Shown piece by piece: positions 8,391-18,497 of a DNA stretch of 64,000 bases. The stretch covers positions 2,240,001 to 2,304,000 of the forward strand of contig CAVTCS010000003.1 in NCBI GenBank assembly GCA_963733295.1. The letters run 5' to 3'. Position numbers and translations under genes: made by a program. Position 1 is the first letter of the stretch, and the number at the start of each line of letters is the position of its first letter. This DNA is from Vulcanimicrobiota bacterium (GTDB lineage Bacteria; Vulcanimicrobiota; Vulcanimicrobiia; Vulcanimicrobiales; Vulcanimicrobiaceae). Under the pieces are notes generated by a model. It had not been told where the DNA came from. It saw nothing but the letters and a program-made list of their open reading frames with translations, and did no database searches.

Positions 8391-10840
8391 CAAGCCGGCG
8401 TTTCGACCAGCGCCGCGCCGGTCAAGTCGGGTGACGCCGGCAGCGTCTCGCGATCGAGCGGATGTCCCGCGAACGTTACTTCGACCAAATCGCCCGCTGC
8501 GATGCGCTTGCGCAAGACCCGGCCGCGAAATTCGAGCGTCGTGTCGCGCGCCTCGTCGAACAGGTTGCACAAGAAAACGCGAACGGCACCGGCCTCGTCC
8601 TCGAACGCAACCGCGCCGACCTCGATCGGCGAGGTCGAGACTTCGCCGCTCACGTCGGTACCCGCATAAACGCAGCGGTACGGCTCCTCGGCCGAAGCTT
8701 CCCGCATATCGCCGAAGATCAGCTTGCGCTTCACGTCGACGACGTAGGTGCAACGCCGCGCTCCCCAATGCACGCGAACGCCCGCCGACCAGTGCCAGCC
8801 GATCGGGAGTTGCGGCGAGAGATGCGGCCGCCCGCTGGTTCGATATCCGTCGAGTCCGCCGACCGTTTCGGCCACTGCCCACAGGTACTTCGCGCTGGTC
8901 CAGGGCGAGAGATACATTCCTCGATTGGTCAGCGAGCCGCCGTCGAACCACTCCGCAAATTGACCGGGAACGGTGTTGCGCGAAGCGCCCGCTTCCATCG
9001 TCGCGTAAACGCGCTCGAGCCACACCGCCGATTCTTCGATGAAACCGTTGCGGGCCAGCGCAATCGCGAACCACAGCGAAAGGTCCGGCCAGACCCCGCC
9101 CAGCAAGCCGAAGCCGTGCGAGGGAAAGTACCACGAGTCCGCCGTGGAGATCGTACGCAACCCGACCGGCGTTACGAAATCCGGTTCGAGCAGTCGACGC
9201 AAGATCGCACGGCGCTGCTCCGGGCCGGCAACGCCGAAGAGCACCGGAAAGACTTCGTCGGCCGTGAAGTTGTCCTGATAGTTGTGGTCCTTATCGTAGT
9301 TGAGGACGAACGCACCGGTATCGGCGTTGAACAGGTGCGTCATCATCTTCTCGCGCAGTGCCGAAGCCTCGCGCGCGTAGGTCTCCCAGTGCGCGTGGTC
9401 CCCTGCGACGGCGCACAGCATCGCCGCCGCTTCGAGTGCGAAGACTGCTTCGGCGTTGATCTCCGTGACCGCACCGTCGAGCGTGTAGTACGGGATGATG
9501 TTGCGCCACGAACTGATGCCGTACATGTCGACGCCTTTGGCGTTGCAGTAGATCAACCCGTTTTCGTCGCGCTGGGAGAGCAAGTAGTCCGCGACCTTCA
9601 CGATCAGCGGCAACAGTCCGTCGACCCACGCCTCGTCGAGCGTCGCGTTGTAGTGGTGCAGGATCGCGATGAGATGCAGGGGCGTGTCGTCGTTGATGTT
9701 CAAGTCGTACGACGTCTTGAAGCCGGTCACGCCACGGACGTACTCCACGACCTGACCGGACGGCTCGACGGCGCGGTTGAAGACCTCGAGCGCGTCGCGG
9801 CTGAAACCCGGTAAGAAGTAATCGAATCCGTGCACGAACCACGAGGTGTCGCGCGAAACGAGGATGTCGGAGGGCGGCGAGTTCGTCGAACCCCAACCTT
9901 GCGGATACTCCTTGATGACGCGCAGCATGTTGCACTTGGCCCAGACGACGCCGCGGCTGACCACCGGCGAGGGTACCATGAAGCGTGCGTCGGTCAGCGC
10001 GCGCGCGTAATAGCGCTGCGTTTCGTGCAACGCTCGCGGATCGCGCAAGAGGTCGTCGAACATCGGGCGCGAGTACTCGTCACCGCGCCGGTCGAAAACG
10101 ATCGCGAGACGCAACGACTCGCGCGCGCCCGGCGCGACGGTCACGCGGTACTCGGCAGCTCCGAAGATCCGGCCGCTGACGTACTCGGCCAGAGCCGGCG
10201 TCACTTCCTCGAGGTGGCCCTCGTCGCGCAACACGCCGCGCTTCATTCCCGCCAGCAGCACTTGCTCGCGCAGCGACACGACGACCGCGTGAGGCGCACG
10301 CGATCCGCCCCACCAGCGCGACGCACCGGTCTCGCCGTTCCAAATCCGCAGGTTCGGCCCGTCGATCGCAGCGTGAACTTCCTTCTCAGGTTCGCCGTAG
10401 AAGCGTTGACCGACCAGCAAGGCCCATGGAAAGATCGCGGCATCGACCGGTTCGCGACTCGAGTTGAGCATCGTCACCTCGATGACGAACGCGACCGCGC
10501 GGTCGTGTTTGGGGCCGTGCGGAACGTAAAAGCACTCCGTTACGAGCAGACGCTCGTCGAGCGCGAACTCCGAAATCTGCGCGTACGGAAGAAACGTAAA
10601 CTCCCGCTGAATACGATAGGGAAAGATGGTGCGGCCCCGGTCGCGCAGCCGGTACGCGATCTGGTGCGTCCCGAAAATGATTTGGTCGGTATCGGCGTCC
10701 CACAATCCGCGGATCCCGCCCTTGGGCGTGCTCGACGCGAACGTCTTGAAGTTTCCGAGGGTCATCCCGAACGGCGTCTCGGTTTCCCGTAACACGTAGG
10801 CGCAGAATTCGTTGTGCTGAGCGTCGTAGCTGGAAACCAC
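8390..10840 (-). CDS. Six-hairpin glycoside hydrolase (amylo-alpha-1,6-glucosidase/GDE-like)
   Basis: 816 aa; SRDTSW, EINAE, GLRT, GGVWP, FAEWF and PWT motifs typical of (alpha/alpha)6 GHs. Confidence 0.75.
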   Translation of the reverse strand: MVSSYDAQHNEFCAYVLRETETPFGMTLGNFKTFASSTPKGGIRGLWDADTDQIIFGTHQIAYRLRDRGRTIFPYRIQREFTFLPYAQISEFALDERLLVTECFYVPHGPKHDRAVAFVIEVTMLNSSREPVDAAIFPWALLVGQRFYGEPEKEVHAAIDGPNLRIWNGETGASRWWGGSRAPHAVVVSLREQVLLAGMKRGVLRDEGHLEEVTPALAEYVSGRIFGAAEYRVTVAPGARESLRLAIVFDRRGDEYSRPMFDDLLRDPRALHETQRYYARALTDARFMVPSPVVSRGVVWAKCNMLRVIKEYPQGWGSTNSPPSDILVSRDTSWFVHGFDYFLPGFSRDALEVFNRAVEPSGQVVEYVRGVTGFKTSYDLNINDDTPLHLIAILHHYNATLDEAWVDGLLPLIVKVADYLLSQRDENGLIYCNAKGVDMYGISSWRNIIPYYTLDGAVTEINAEAVFALEAAAMLCAVAGDHAHWETYAREASALREKMMTHLFNADTGAFVLNYDKDHNYQDNFTADEVFPVLFGVAGPEQRRAILRRLLEPDFVTPVGLRTISTADSWYFPSHGFGLLGGVWPDLSLWFAIALARNGFIEESAVWLERVYATMEAGASRNTVPGQFAEWFDGGSLTNRGMYLSPWTSAKYLWAVAETVGGLDGYRTSGRPHLSPQLPIGWHWSAGVRVHWGARRCTYVVDVKRKLIFGDMREASAEEPYRCVYAGTDVSGEVSTSPIEVGAVAFEDEAGAVRVFLCNLFDEARDTTLEFRGRVLRKRIAAGDLVEVTFAGHPLDRETLPASPDLTGAALVETPA

Positions 10841-10924
10841 GTCTTACCCCTTCGCAGCGTGGGGAGCGCGGGCATTCCGGAACCGGCATGGGGCAAGCGC
10901 GACCTTCTTGCGAAGTGCGAACCG

Positions 10925-11791
10925 ATGCCCACGCTCCTCGCGCCGGCGAAGCTCAACCTTACGCTCGAGGTCCTATCTCGCCGGGACGACGGCTACCACA
11001 CCCTGCGCAGCGTGATGGTGCCCGTCGGGCTCTATGACCGGATCGACCTCGAACCCGCGAGCCTCCCCAGTTTTCGCTCCAGCGTCGCAAGCGTCGAGCA
11101 AGGCAACCTGATCGAGCGGGCGCTCGAGCGGTCCGGCATCACGCAGCCGCTGGACGTGCGCCTCGACAAGCAGATCCCGGTCGGCGGCGGACTCGGCGGC
11201 GGATCGAGCGACGCCGCCGCAGTTCTGCGCGCGGCGATGTCGGGCGCGTTCGGAGCGCCGGCCGAACTCGACTGGCTCGCGGTCGCGCGCGAGCTCGGTT
11301 CCGACGTGCCCTTCTTTCTAAGCGGCACGGCGGCGCTGGTCGAAGGCACGGGCGAACGTGTCACTGCGCTCGGCGCGCTGCCGGCGTGGTGGACGGTCGT
11401 CGCGCAACCACGCGTCGCCGTCGCGACAGCCGACGCGTATCGCAGGCTCGATGCGGCGCGAGCTACGCCCGCAGCGAGCCGCCCGCGCGCCGAGAGCCGC
11501 TCCCTCGCGACCGTCGACGCGCTCCAGCGCGGCGATCTCGCGGCGCTGCTCGCGAGTCTGGTCAACGACTTTCACGATGTGATCCTCGCCGCGTTTCCCG
11601 AGATCGAGCAAACCGCCACGGCGCTCGAGCGTGCGGGAGCCGGCGTTGCGCTGCTCTCGGGTTCCGGTTCTTGCATCTTCACGCTGTTTGCAGACGAAGA
11701 AGCCGCGCGAGCCTGCGCGGCGCGCGTCGACCCGGCGGCGTACGCTCGGATCTTCGTCGCTCCCTTCCATCACGATCCGGCCTGGCGATGA
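10925..11791 (+). CDS. ispE: 4-diphosphocytidyl-2-C-methyl-D-erythritol kinase
   Basis: APAKLNLTL, DGYH, KQIPVGGGLGGGSSDAA, LGSDVPFF, LSGSGS. Confidence 0.96.
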   Translation: MPTLLAPAKLNLTLEVLSRRDDGYHTLRSVMVPVGLYDRIDLEPASLPSFRSSVASVEQGNLIERALERSGITQPLDVRLDKQIPVGGGLGGGSSDAAAVLRAAMSGAFGAPAELDWLAVARELGSDVPFFLSGTAALVEGTGERVTALGALPAWWTVVAQPRVAVATADAYRRLDAARATPAASRPRAESRSLATVDALQRGDLAALLASLVNDFHDVILAAFPEIEQTATALERAGAGVALLSGSGSCIFTLFADEEAARACAARVDPAAYARIFVAPFHHDPAWR

Positions 11792-12534
11792 ACGCGATCG
11801 TCCTAGCCGGCGGACCGCCCGATGCCGTTGCGGCGCTCGCGCCGGGCGTTCCCAACAAGTGCTTCGTGCCGGTGGGCGGGCAAACGCTGGTCGGACGAAC
11901 GCTCGCAGCGCTGCGGAGCGTTCCGCAAGTCGAACGGATCGTCGCGGTCGTGCCGGCGGCCGCGCGTGGCGACGCCGCGCTGGCAGCGGCAGACGAAGTG
12001 CGCGACGACGGTCCGCACATCGGCGACAGTCTGCGCTCCGGTCTCGCAGGGGCGGCGCCCGGGGAGCTCGTTCTCGTGGCAAGCGCGGACTTGCCCGTTC
12101 TGAGCCGCGCGTCGCTCGAGGAATTCCTCGGCCTCGCGCTGCAGGAGCCGGCCGACCTGGTCTACGCTTGCGTCGAGCGCTCGGTTCACCGCGCGCGCTT
12201 CCCGGAGGTGCCGCACACGTGGGCACACCTGCGCGAAGGAACGTTTTGCGGCGGCGGTTGTTTCGCGCTGCGGCCCCGCACCTTTCCGGCGCTCGAACGT
12301 TTTCTCGACCGGCTCGGCTCGGCGCGCAAGAATCCTCTCGAACTGGCCGCGATCTTCGGCTACGACATCCTGGCGCGCTACGCGCTTCGCTCGCTCTCGA
12401 TCGCCGCGGCCGAACGCCGCGCGAGCGAACTGCTCGGCGCAACGGTCCGGGCCGCGGTCTGTTCGCATCCGGAGATCGCGGTGAACGTCGACCGCCCGGG
12501 CGACGTCGCGCTGGCCGAACGCATCCTGAGCTAG
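11788..12534 (+). CDS. MobA-like NTP-transferase family protein
   Basis: MNAIVLAGG...PNK, ADLP, NVDRPGD; ATGA overlap with ispE. Confidence 0.8.
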   Translation: MNAIVLAGGPPDAVAALAPGVPNKCFVPVGGQTLVGRTLAALRSVPQVERIVAVVPAAARGDAALAAADEVRDDGPHIGDSLRSGLAGAAPGELVLVASADLPVLSRASLEEFLGLALQEPADLVYACVERSVHRARFPEVPHTWAHLREGTFCGGGCFALRPRTFPALERFLDRLGSARKNPLELAAIFGYDILARYALRSLSIAAAERRASELLGATVRAAVCSHPEIAVNVDRPGDVALAERILS

Positions 12535-13094
12535 GGCTGACTCCAGCGTTTGAAGAGATCGCTCTCGATCCCGAATTGATCGAGCGCCTTGCCGACGGTA
12601 TGCGCGATGATGTCGTCGACGCTCTTGGGCTTGGCATACATGGCTGGAACCGGCGGTAAGATCACGGCACCGATCTCCGCGAGTTGCGTCAGCGTGCGCA
12701 GGTGTCCGAGGTGCAGGGGGGTTTCGCGCACGACGAGGACCAGCCGCCGCCGCTCCTTCAGACACACGTCCGCCGCGCGAACCAAGAGGTTGGAGTTGAA
12801 CGAGTATGCGATGGCTGAGGCCGTCTTCATCGAGCAGGGGATCACCAGCATACCGTCCGTCAAGAACGAACCCGACGAGATGGCGCCCCCCAAATCGTCG
12901 TCGCGATAGACGACGTGCGCCAGCGCTTCGAAGTCGTTTGCGACCGATTCGGTTTCGAGTTCGATCGTGCGCTTCGCTTGGGAGCTGATCACGAGGTGGA
13001 TTTCGACGTCGCCCTGCGCGCGCAAAGCACGCAAGGCGGCCAGCGCGTACGCGCTCCCGCTCGCCCCGCTCACGCCGACGACGAGTTTCCTCAC
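12531..13094 (-). CDS. ubiX: Flavin prenyltransferase
   Basis: VVGVSGASG, SSGSF, PCSMKT, RAADVCLKERRRLVLVVRETP. Confidence 0.95.
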   Translation of the reverse strand: MRKLVVGVSGASGSAYALAALRALRAQGDVEIHLVISSQAKRTIELETESVANDFEALAHVVYRDDDLGGAISSGSFLTDGMLVIPCSMKTASAIAYSFNSNLLVRAADVCLKERRRLVLVVRETPLHLGHLRTLTQLAEIGAVILPPVPAMYAKPKSVDDIIAHTVGKALDQFGIESDLFKRWSQP

Positions 13095-13162
13095 AGCACT
13101 CTTGCCTTCCACTTCTACGCTGAGGGTCCCGCGCATCGCGTCACGAAGCTTGCAGCGATGCA

Positions 13163-14596
13163 ATGACGGATGGTTCCAAGGCGGTGAGTCCGCGCCTAGC
13201 GGCGTTCGTGTGCGACGCGGTACGGTACGCAGCGAGCGGTTCGGACGACGACGCGCGACGGCTGCTGCGCGCGCCCTTTTCGGGCGTCCCCCGCGCGGAT
13301 GCCGGCGCGTTGCTGACGATCGCGCGACCGCGCCGCAACCTGCTCGAAACGATCGAGCAAGAACGCGTCCCGTCGGCCCGCGAAGCGCAGCTCGCGAGCC
13401 GGCGCTTCCTCAGGGCGCTCGAACAGCTGCGCGCCGCATTTCGAGCCCAAGGTGCATTGGCGCGCGAGCTCGTCGTAACCGTCGCCGCCCTCTTCGACTT
13501 GCGCGATCCCGGCGCGCGCGCGACGCTCGACTCGCTCGAGCGTGCGGCCGGCGAACTTGACGCGCTCTGCGGCGAGCGGCCCGGCACGTGGAGCGTTCGC
13601 GCACTGTGCGACACGCTCGAGTCGACCGTCGCGGAGAGCACGGGTGAGCCATTTGCGCCGGCGCCGCTTCGAGCGCTCGGTCCGCACGAGCGCGAACCTC
13701 TATATCCGGTGCGAACGCGGCGCGGTCACTTCAGTGCGTCTTCGCTCGGGACGTACGCTCAGTGCGAACGCCAGTGGTACTACAAGTACGTGTGCAGCGC
13801 GGTCGAAGACAAAAGCTCCGCCGCTTCGGTCTACGGCAGCGCCTTCCACTGGGCGCTCGAGCGTTTTCATCAGGAATATCCGCGGGCCGACTCGGCCTCA
13901 CGCGAGACGCTCGCGCGTTCGTTGCAAACCTGGATAGCAACCGCGTTCGAGCGCTTTCGCAGCGGTTTTCCGACCAACGTCGAATACGAACTGCAACGGC
14001 GCCGCGCGCGCCGCACCGCAAGCCTTTATTTGAATTGGTTCTTCGAGCGTGCGCGCAAGGCGCCGTTCGGGGTCGTGGGTACCGAAGCGAGCGTCGAAAC
14101 CGAGCTGGACGGCTACACGTTCGTCGGATACATCGACCGGCTCGATCGCGACGACGCAACCGGCGCGATCACCGTCGTCGATTACAAAACGGGGAATATC
14201 GTCGAGAACGCGGGTGCGTTCCGCTCGAAAGTCGCAAACTTTCTCGACTTTCAGCTTCCCTTCTACTATTGGGCGCGCACCGCGGAAGGCGATCGCGTGA
14301 CGCGGCTGGCGCTGATACCGCTCAAAGATTCGATCCTTGAGGTCCGTCCCGTCGAACTCGAAATCGTACCGGTTGCCGTACCGCGCAGTGGATACGACCC
14401 GGCGACGACGGGCACGATCGGAATCGACGAGCTCGAGCGGGCGCGCGCGCGCATGGTCGAGATCGCGCGCACGCTCAGCGACGAACCGCTGGAGAGATTC
14501 GCCCCTGCACAGGATCCGGAAGCGTGCCTCTATTGCGCGTACGTCAACGCCTGCCGCGAACGGCCGCTGCAGCGCGAAGACCGTTTCGGGCGATGA
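13163..14596 (+). CDS. PD-(D/E)XK RecB-family nuclease with Fe-S staple cysteines (AddB/Adn-like)
   Basis: FSASSLGTYAQC, GSAFHWALE, GYIDRLD, VVDYKTG, QLPFY, CLYCAYVNAC. Confidence 0.85.
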   Translation: MTDGSKAVSPRLAAFVCDAVRYAASGSDDDARRLLRAPFSGVPRADAGALLTIARPRRNLLETIEQERVPSAREAQLASRRFLRALEQLRAAFRAQGALARELVVTVAALFDLRDPGARATLDSLERAAGELDALCGERPGTWSVRALCDTLESTVAESTGEPFAPAPLRALGPHEREPLYPVRTRRGHFSASSLGTYAQCERQWYYKYVCSAVEDKSSAASVYGSAFHWALERFHQEYPRADSASRETLARSLQTWIATAFERFRSGFPTNVEYELQRRRARRTASLYLNWFFERARKAPFGVVGTEASVETELDGYTFVGYIDRLDRDDATGAITVVDYKTGNIVENAGAFRSKVANFLDFQLPFYYWARTAEGDRVTRLALIPLKDSILEVRPVELEIVPVAVPRSGYDPATTGTIGIDELERARARMVEIARTLSDEPLERFAPAQDPEACLYCAYVNACRERPLQREDRFGR

Positions 14597-16827
14597 ACCT
14601 TCAGTTGCTCGCGCCTAGCGACGGGCAGCGTCGCGCGCTCGAGTACCCGCTCGACGGCGATCTGCTCGCAGTCACCGGCGCCGCCGGCAGCGGCAAGAGT
14701 GCGGTCTTGCTCGAGCGTGCCGCGCGTGCGGCGGCTAGCGCGCCGGGAGCGGTGTTGCTCGGCGCGGCCACGCGGCGCGGCGTTGCACGCATCCGCGAGG
14801 CCGCATCGGCGGGCGCCGCCTTCGCGACCTGCCGGATCGAAACGCTCGAAACGATCGCGCTCGAGATTCTCGACGAGCGCGCGGCCGCAAGCGGAGCGAA
14901 CCGCCCCGAAATCATCGACGAAGTGCGCGCCGCAGCGCTCTTCCACGCGGTCGGCGCGGAGCTGTTCTCGCTCGAATGGACCGAGCTGCTGGGAGCGGAG
15001 ATCGATCCCGAGATCACCGGCTTGCGCGCGCCGGAGTTCTTTGCCGACGCGGCTTTCCGTCTGATCCGGCGCCTGCGCGCCGCGCTCGTCTCGCCCGCTG
15101 AATTTCGCACGCTTAGCCTGCGCGGCGCAACCGAATTCTACGGCAACCCGCCGAATCTGGCCGACGCCTCGCTGCTGATGGATACGCCTGAGAAATACCG
15201 CGCCTCGCTGCGCGTTTCTCCGGCCGAACTCGAGCGGCAACGCGGGCGTGAGATCGACCTGATCAAAGTGCTGACGCGCTTGTACGAATCGTACGTCGGT
15301 TCGCTCGTGGCGCGCGGTTGCATGACCGAGGTGGACGCCGTCTACGAAGCCACGCGTTTTCTTGGGAGCGAAGCGGACGCGGCCGCTCGAGTGCGTGGGC
15401 GGTTGCGGCACGCGGCAATCGACGACGCGCAAGATCTCAGTACCGGACAGATCGCTCTCTTGAAGGCGATCTACGGCGAACGCCTGGCCGGCGTAACGCT
15501 CGCGGGCGACGCCGCGCAGGAGACGCGCGCATTCGCGGGCGCGCGCGGAAAACAGCTTCTCCGCACGGCAGCGGAGAAGATCGAACTCTGCGAGCAGTAC
15601 CGCTGTCCGCCGGCGATCGTGCGGGTCGCCGAAATCGCGACTAAGGCGTCGCGCGTCCAGCCGCCGCCGGCCGGAGTCTCCGCCGTCGAACTCTACCGTG
15701 CGGACACGTTAGCGGATGAAGCGCGCTACGTCGCCGAAACGATCGCAACGTTGCTCGCGCGAGGCGTCGCGCCCGGACGAATCGCGGTTATTACGCGTAA
15801 CCTGCGCAGCGCACATCCGTTCGCGGGCGCGTTGCTGGCGCGCAACGTCCCGCTGGACGTGGCGGGCGAAGCGAGCCTCTACGAGTTTCCCGCGACTGCG
15901 GACGCGCTCGGCGCGCTTTGGGCTTTTGTGGATCCATACCGTCACGATTGGTTGCTGCGCAACCTCGAGTCACCCTGGTTGAGCCTCTCCGACGCAAGCA
16001 TCGGGGTGCTTTGCGGCGAGGCTTCGGATCCGCAAGAGCTGCTGTTCGACATGCCGAGCGAAGAAGTCGACGAGACGCGCCGGCGTTGGGACCGGCGCCG
16101 CGATCTCCGCCTCGCGCGCAACGTGCTCCGCGGCGACGTCGATGCCGAGTTGCCCGCCGAGGCGCGCGAGCGCCTCGCCGAGTTCCGCGCCGCGCTGTTG
16201 CGCTGGGAACAGCTGGAGCGCAGCCTCACGCTACCGGCGCTGGCACAAACGATCCTCGCCGAGACGACGCTGGCCGCGCTTGCGGGCGACGCGCGCGGAA
16301 ACTTCGCGCGCGCTTGCGTCGTGCGCTTGTTGCGCGAGATCGACGCGTTTGCCCGGCGTCTGCCGCTCGCGACGCTGGGCGACTTTCTCGAATCGGCGGA
16401 GGAAAGCGCGGCCGCGGACGCCGATCTGCTGACGCTCGACCCCGTCGCCGCGAACTGCGTCATGCTCCTCGACGTGGAGGCCGCCAAAGGCCGCGAATAC
16501 GAGCACGTCTTCATCCTCGACGCGCGGGCCGGAGCTTTTCCGCGCTACTACACGCCCGACACGTTCTTGTTCACGCCCAGGTTCGGAATGCTTCCAAAGG
16601 AGAACGTCGGGGACGAAGCGCGCGCTTCACGCACCGCAAAGTTTACCTACGCCCTCCATAGCCTCGACGTTCGCGAGAAGTACAATGAAGAGGAGCGCCG
16701 CGCGTTTGCGTGCGCTGCGCTGCGCGCCCGCGAGCGGCTGTACGTCAGCGCCTCGGGCCGGCCGACCAAAGCACGTTCGACGCCGGAGATTCTCGAAGAG
16801 CTTTTGGCCGCTCGCGCCGGGTCGTAG
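14593..16827 (+). CDS. UvrD/AdnA-like SF1 helicase, degenerate motifs
   Basis: TGAAGSGKS, IDDAQD, LAGDAAQ, YRC, AKGREY, EERR...RARERL; ATGA overlap with the nuclease gene. Confidence 0.85.
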   Translation: MNLQLLAPSDGQRRALEYPLDGDLLAVTGAAGSGKSAVLLERAARAAASAPGAVLLGAATRRGVARIREAASAGAAFATCRIETLETIALEILDERAAASGANRPEIIDEVRAAALFHAVGAELFSLEWTELLGAEIDPEITGLRAPEFFADAAFRLIRRLRAALVSPAEFRTLSLRGATEFYGNPPNLADASLLMDTPEKYRASLRVSPAELERQRGREIDLIKVLTRLYESYVGSLVARGCMTEVDAVYEATRFLGSEADAAARVRGRLRHAAIDDAQDLSTGQIALLKAIYGERLAGVTLAGDAAQETRAFAGARGKQLLRTAAEKIELCEQYRCPPAIVRVAEIATKASRVQPPPAGVSAVELYRADTLADEARYVAETIATLLARGVAPGRIAVITRNLRSAHPFAGALLARNVPLDVAGEASLYEFPATADALGALWAFVDPYRHDWLLRNLESPWLSLSDASIGVLCGEASDPQELLFDMPSEEVDETRRRWDRRRDLRLARNVLRGDVDAELPAEARERLAEFRAALLRWEQLERSLTLPALAQTILAETTLAALAGDARGNFARACVVRLLREIDAFARRLPLATLGDFLESAEESAAADADLLTLDPVAANCVMLLDVEAAKGREYEHVFILDARAGAFPRYYTPDTFLFTPRFGMLPKENVGDEARASRTAKFTYALHSLDVREKYNEEERRAFACAALRARERLYVSASGRPTKARSTPEILEELLAARAGS

Positions 16828-16830
16828 ACC

Positions 16831-18480
16831 TCAATCACTGGCGCTCGACCCGTAAAGGTGACGCTCACCGGACAAGAGTGCGAGCGCCCGACGTGGCGCC
16901 TCGCGTTCTTCGATGGTGAGGAGGTCCCGCCGCAAGGCGTCGTGCCGCAATGCTAAGCGCTGGAGGTCTTCGGCAAGCCGATCGAACATTGCCGCTTCGC
17001 GCCGCGCGAGCGCTGCAGCGGCCCGCTCATCTCGCATCGCGGCGACGGTTAGTCGGAGATGCGGCAGGCAGAGCGTTGTCAAGTCTACGACTTCACTGAA
17101 GCTCGTCTGGTCCAAGCGCCGAGCCAGCGCTGCGACGTGACGCGATTCCCCGTCCGCTCGCGCCGCGCAAGCCAGGCACGACAGACCGGCGGCTACGAGC
17201 GTGTCGATGGTACCGCGCAGGCTGGACGATGAACCGGTCCATCGGGCGCCAGCTACCAGCGAAGAGGCCAGCCCGCGTAGTAGTTCCGGATAGCCCACGG
17301 CGATCCCGAGCGGCGAGGCGTACGCTTCGTACTGCCAGGTGTGGCTACCACACAGGCCCCGGCGAGCCGCGTGCGCCTTACGGGCGGCGTCGCTCGCACT
17401 AAGCTCGTAAGGAAGGCGCTGGAAAAACGCCGCGAGCTCCTTAGCGACGTTTGCGCAGACGTCGCAGCGCCCAATCGGACGAATCCAGATCGAGTTATCT
17501 TTCTCGGTGCGGTCCCCCAGCTGGGGGGTCAAAGGCGACTCGTTGTCTTTTTGGAGCGCGTCTAGAAGCCGGAAACGCTCCGGACCGAGCGGCGTGCTCG
17601 CGACTAAGTTGGTAACTCGATCGGTCATCTGGCGGAGAAAGGCGTCGATTTTCCGGGCGAGGAGAAACTCGAGCAGGGCGGCCTCAAGCGCCGGAATGCC
17701 GCTCTCCTCAAGGAGCGCAGCTTTAGACCCGAGCTTCGCTTGCAGTCCATCGCGCGCAGAGACTGAAAGAATGGGCGACGTGGCCGCCGTAAGCGTCCCA
17801 AGCCGCTCGGCAACGTATGCTTGCACTTCGTTTCGTTCGCTCTTGGTGACGATGTCGTGTTTGTTGAGCGCAACGAATACTTCGGTCCGAGCAACTCGGG
17901 CCCGTTCTATAAATCGCACCTCGTCCTCGCTTAAGGGGCTGTCGTAGCTCGTTACGAGCAAAAGCGCGTCGGCCTCTGGAAAGAACGCTTCGGTCGTTCG
18001 CGAGTTCTCGACGACGGCGGAACCGAGCCCGGGCGTGTCGATCAACGCGAGTCCACGGCGCAGGAGCTCCGCCGGCAGATAGATATCGGCGCTCACGACG
18101 TTACGCTGGTTGCCTGGATTTCCGCGCTGGGTGATGTAATCGGGGAGCGCCGCGAGCGAAACCTCGCGGGGCGGTCCCCCTTTTTCGTACCGGACGACTA
18201 CGCTCTCGGTTGAGCCGTACAGGACCGTCGTTATCGCGGATGTGACGGGAACGGTACCGACCGGAAGGCGATCGGTGCCGAGAAGCGCGTTCATGAGCGA
18301 CGTCTTCCCGCGGTTGAAGTGCCCGACTAGAACTAGGTTGAACCGATCGGCAGCAAGTCGCGCGATAAGGTCCCGCGCTCGATCGCGTAGCCGCCTATCT
18401 TCATCGGGAAAGAGCAGCGCTGCAGAGCGAATGATTTCCGCGAGTCGAAATTTGCGCTGCTCGTAGGTTTGAAAGTCCAA
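16831..18480 (-). CDS. Dynamin-like GTPase with C-terminal duplicated CxxC/CxxH domain
   Basis: G1 GHFNRGKTS, G2 PVTS, G3 DTPG, G4 NKHD; C-terminal CDVC..LCGSH and CLAC..LCLPH. Confidence 0.88.
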   Translation of the reverse strand: MDFQTYEQRKFRLAEIIRSAALLFPDEDRRLRDRARDLIARLAADRFNLVLVGHFNRGKTSLMNALLGTDRLPVGTVPVTSAITTVLYGSTESVVVRYEKGGPPREVSLAALPDYITQRGNPGNQRNVVSADIYLPAELLRRGLALIDTPGLGSAVVENSRTTEAFFPEADALLLVTSYDSPLSEDEVRFIERARVARTEVFVALNKHDIVTKSERNEVQAYVAERLGTLTAATSPILSVSARDGLQAKLGSKAALLEESGIPALEAALLEFLLARKIDAFLRQMTDRVTNLVASTPLGPERFRLLDALQKDNESPLTPQLGDRTEKDNSIWIRPIGRCDVCANVAKELAAFFQRLPYELSASDAARKAHAARRGLCGSHTWQYEAYASPLGIAVGYPELLRGLASSLVAGARWTGSSSSLRGTIDTLVAAGLSCLACAARADGESRHVAALARRLDQTSFSEVVDLTTLCLPHLRLTVAAMRDERAAAALARREAAMFDRLAEDLQRLALRHDALRRDLLTIEEREAPRRALALLSGERHLYGSSASD

Positions 18481-18497
18481 AGCGATCGGCTTCGCCG

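Noticed and set aside
13163..14596. Cas4 / CRISPR locus
   Set aside because: No cas1/cas2 and no repeat-spacer array seen in the window; the gene is coupled to a UvrD-like helicase.
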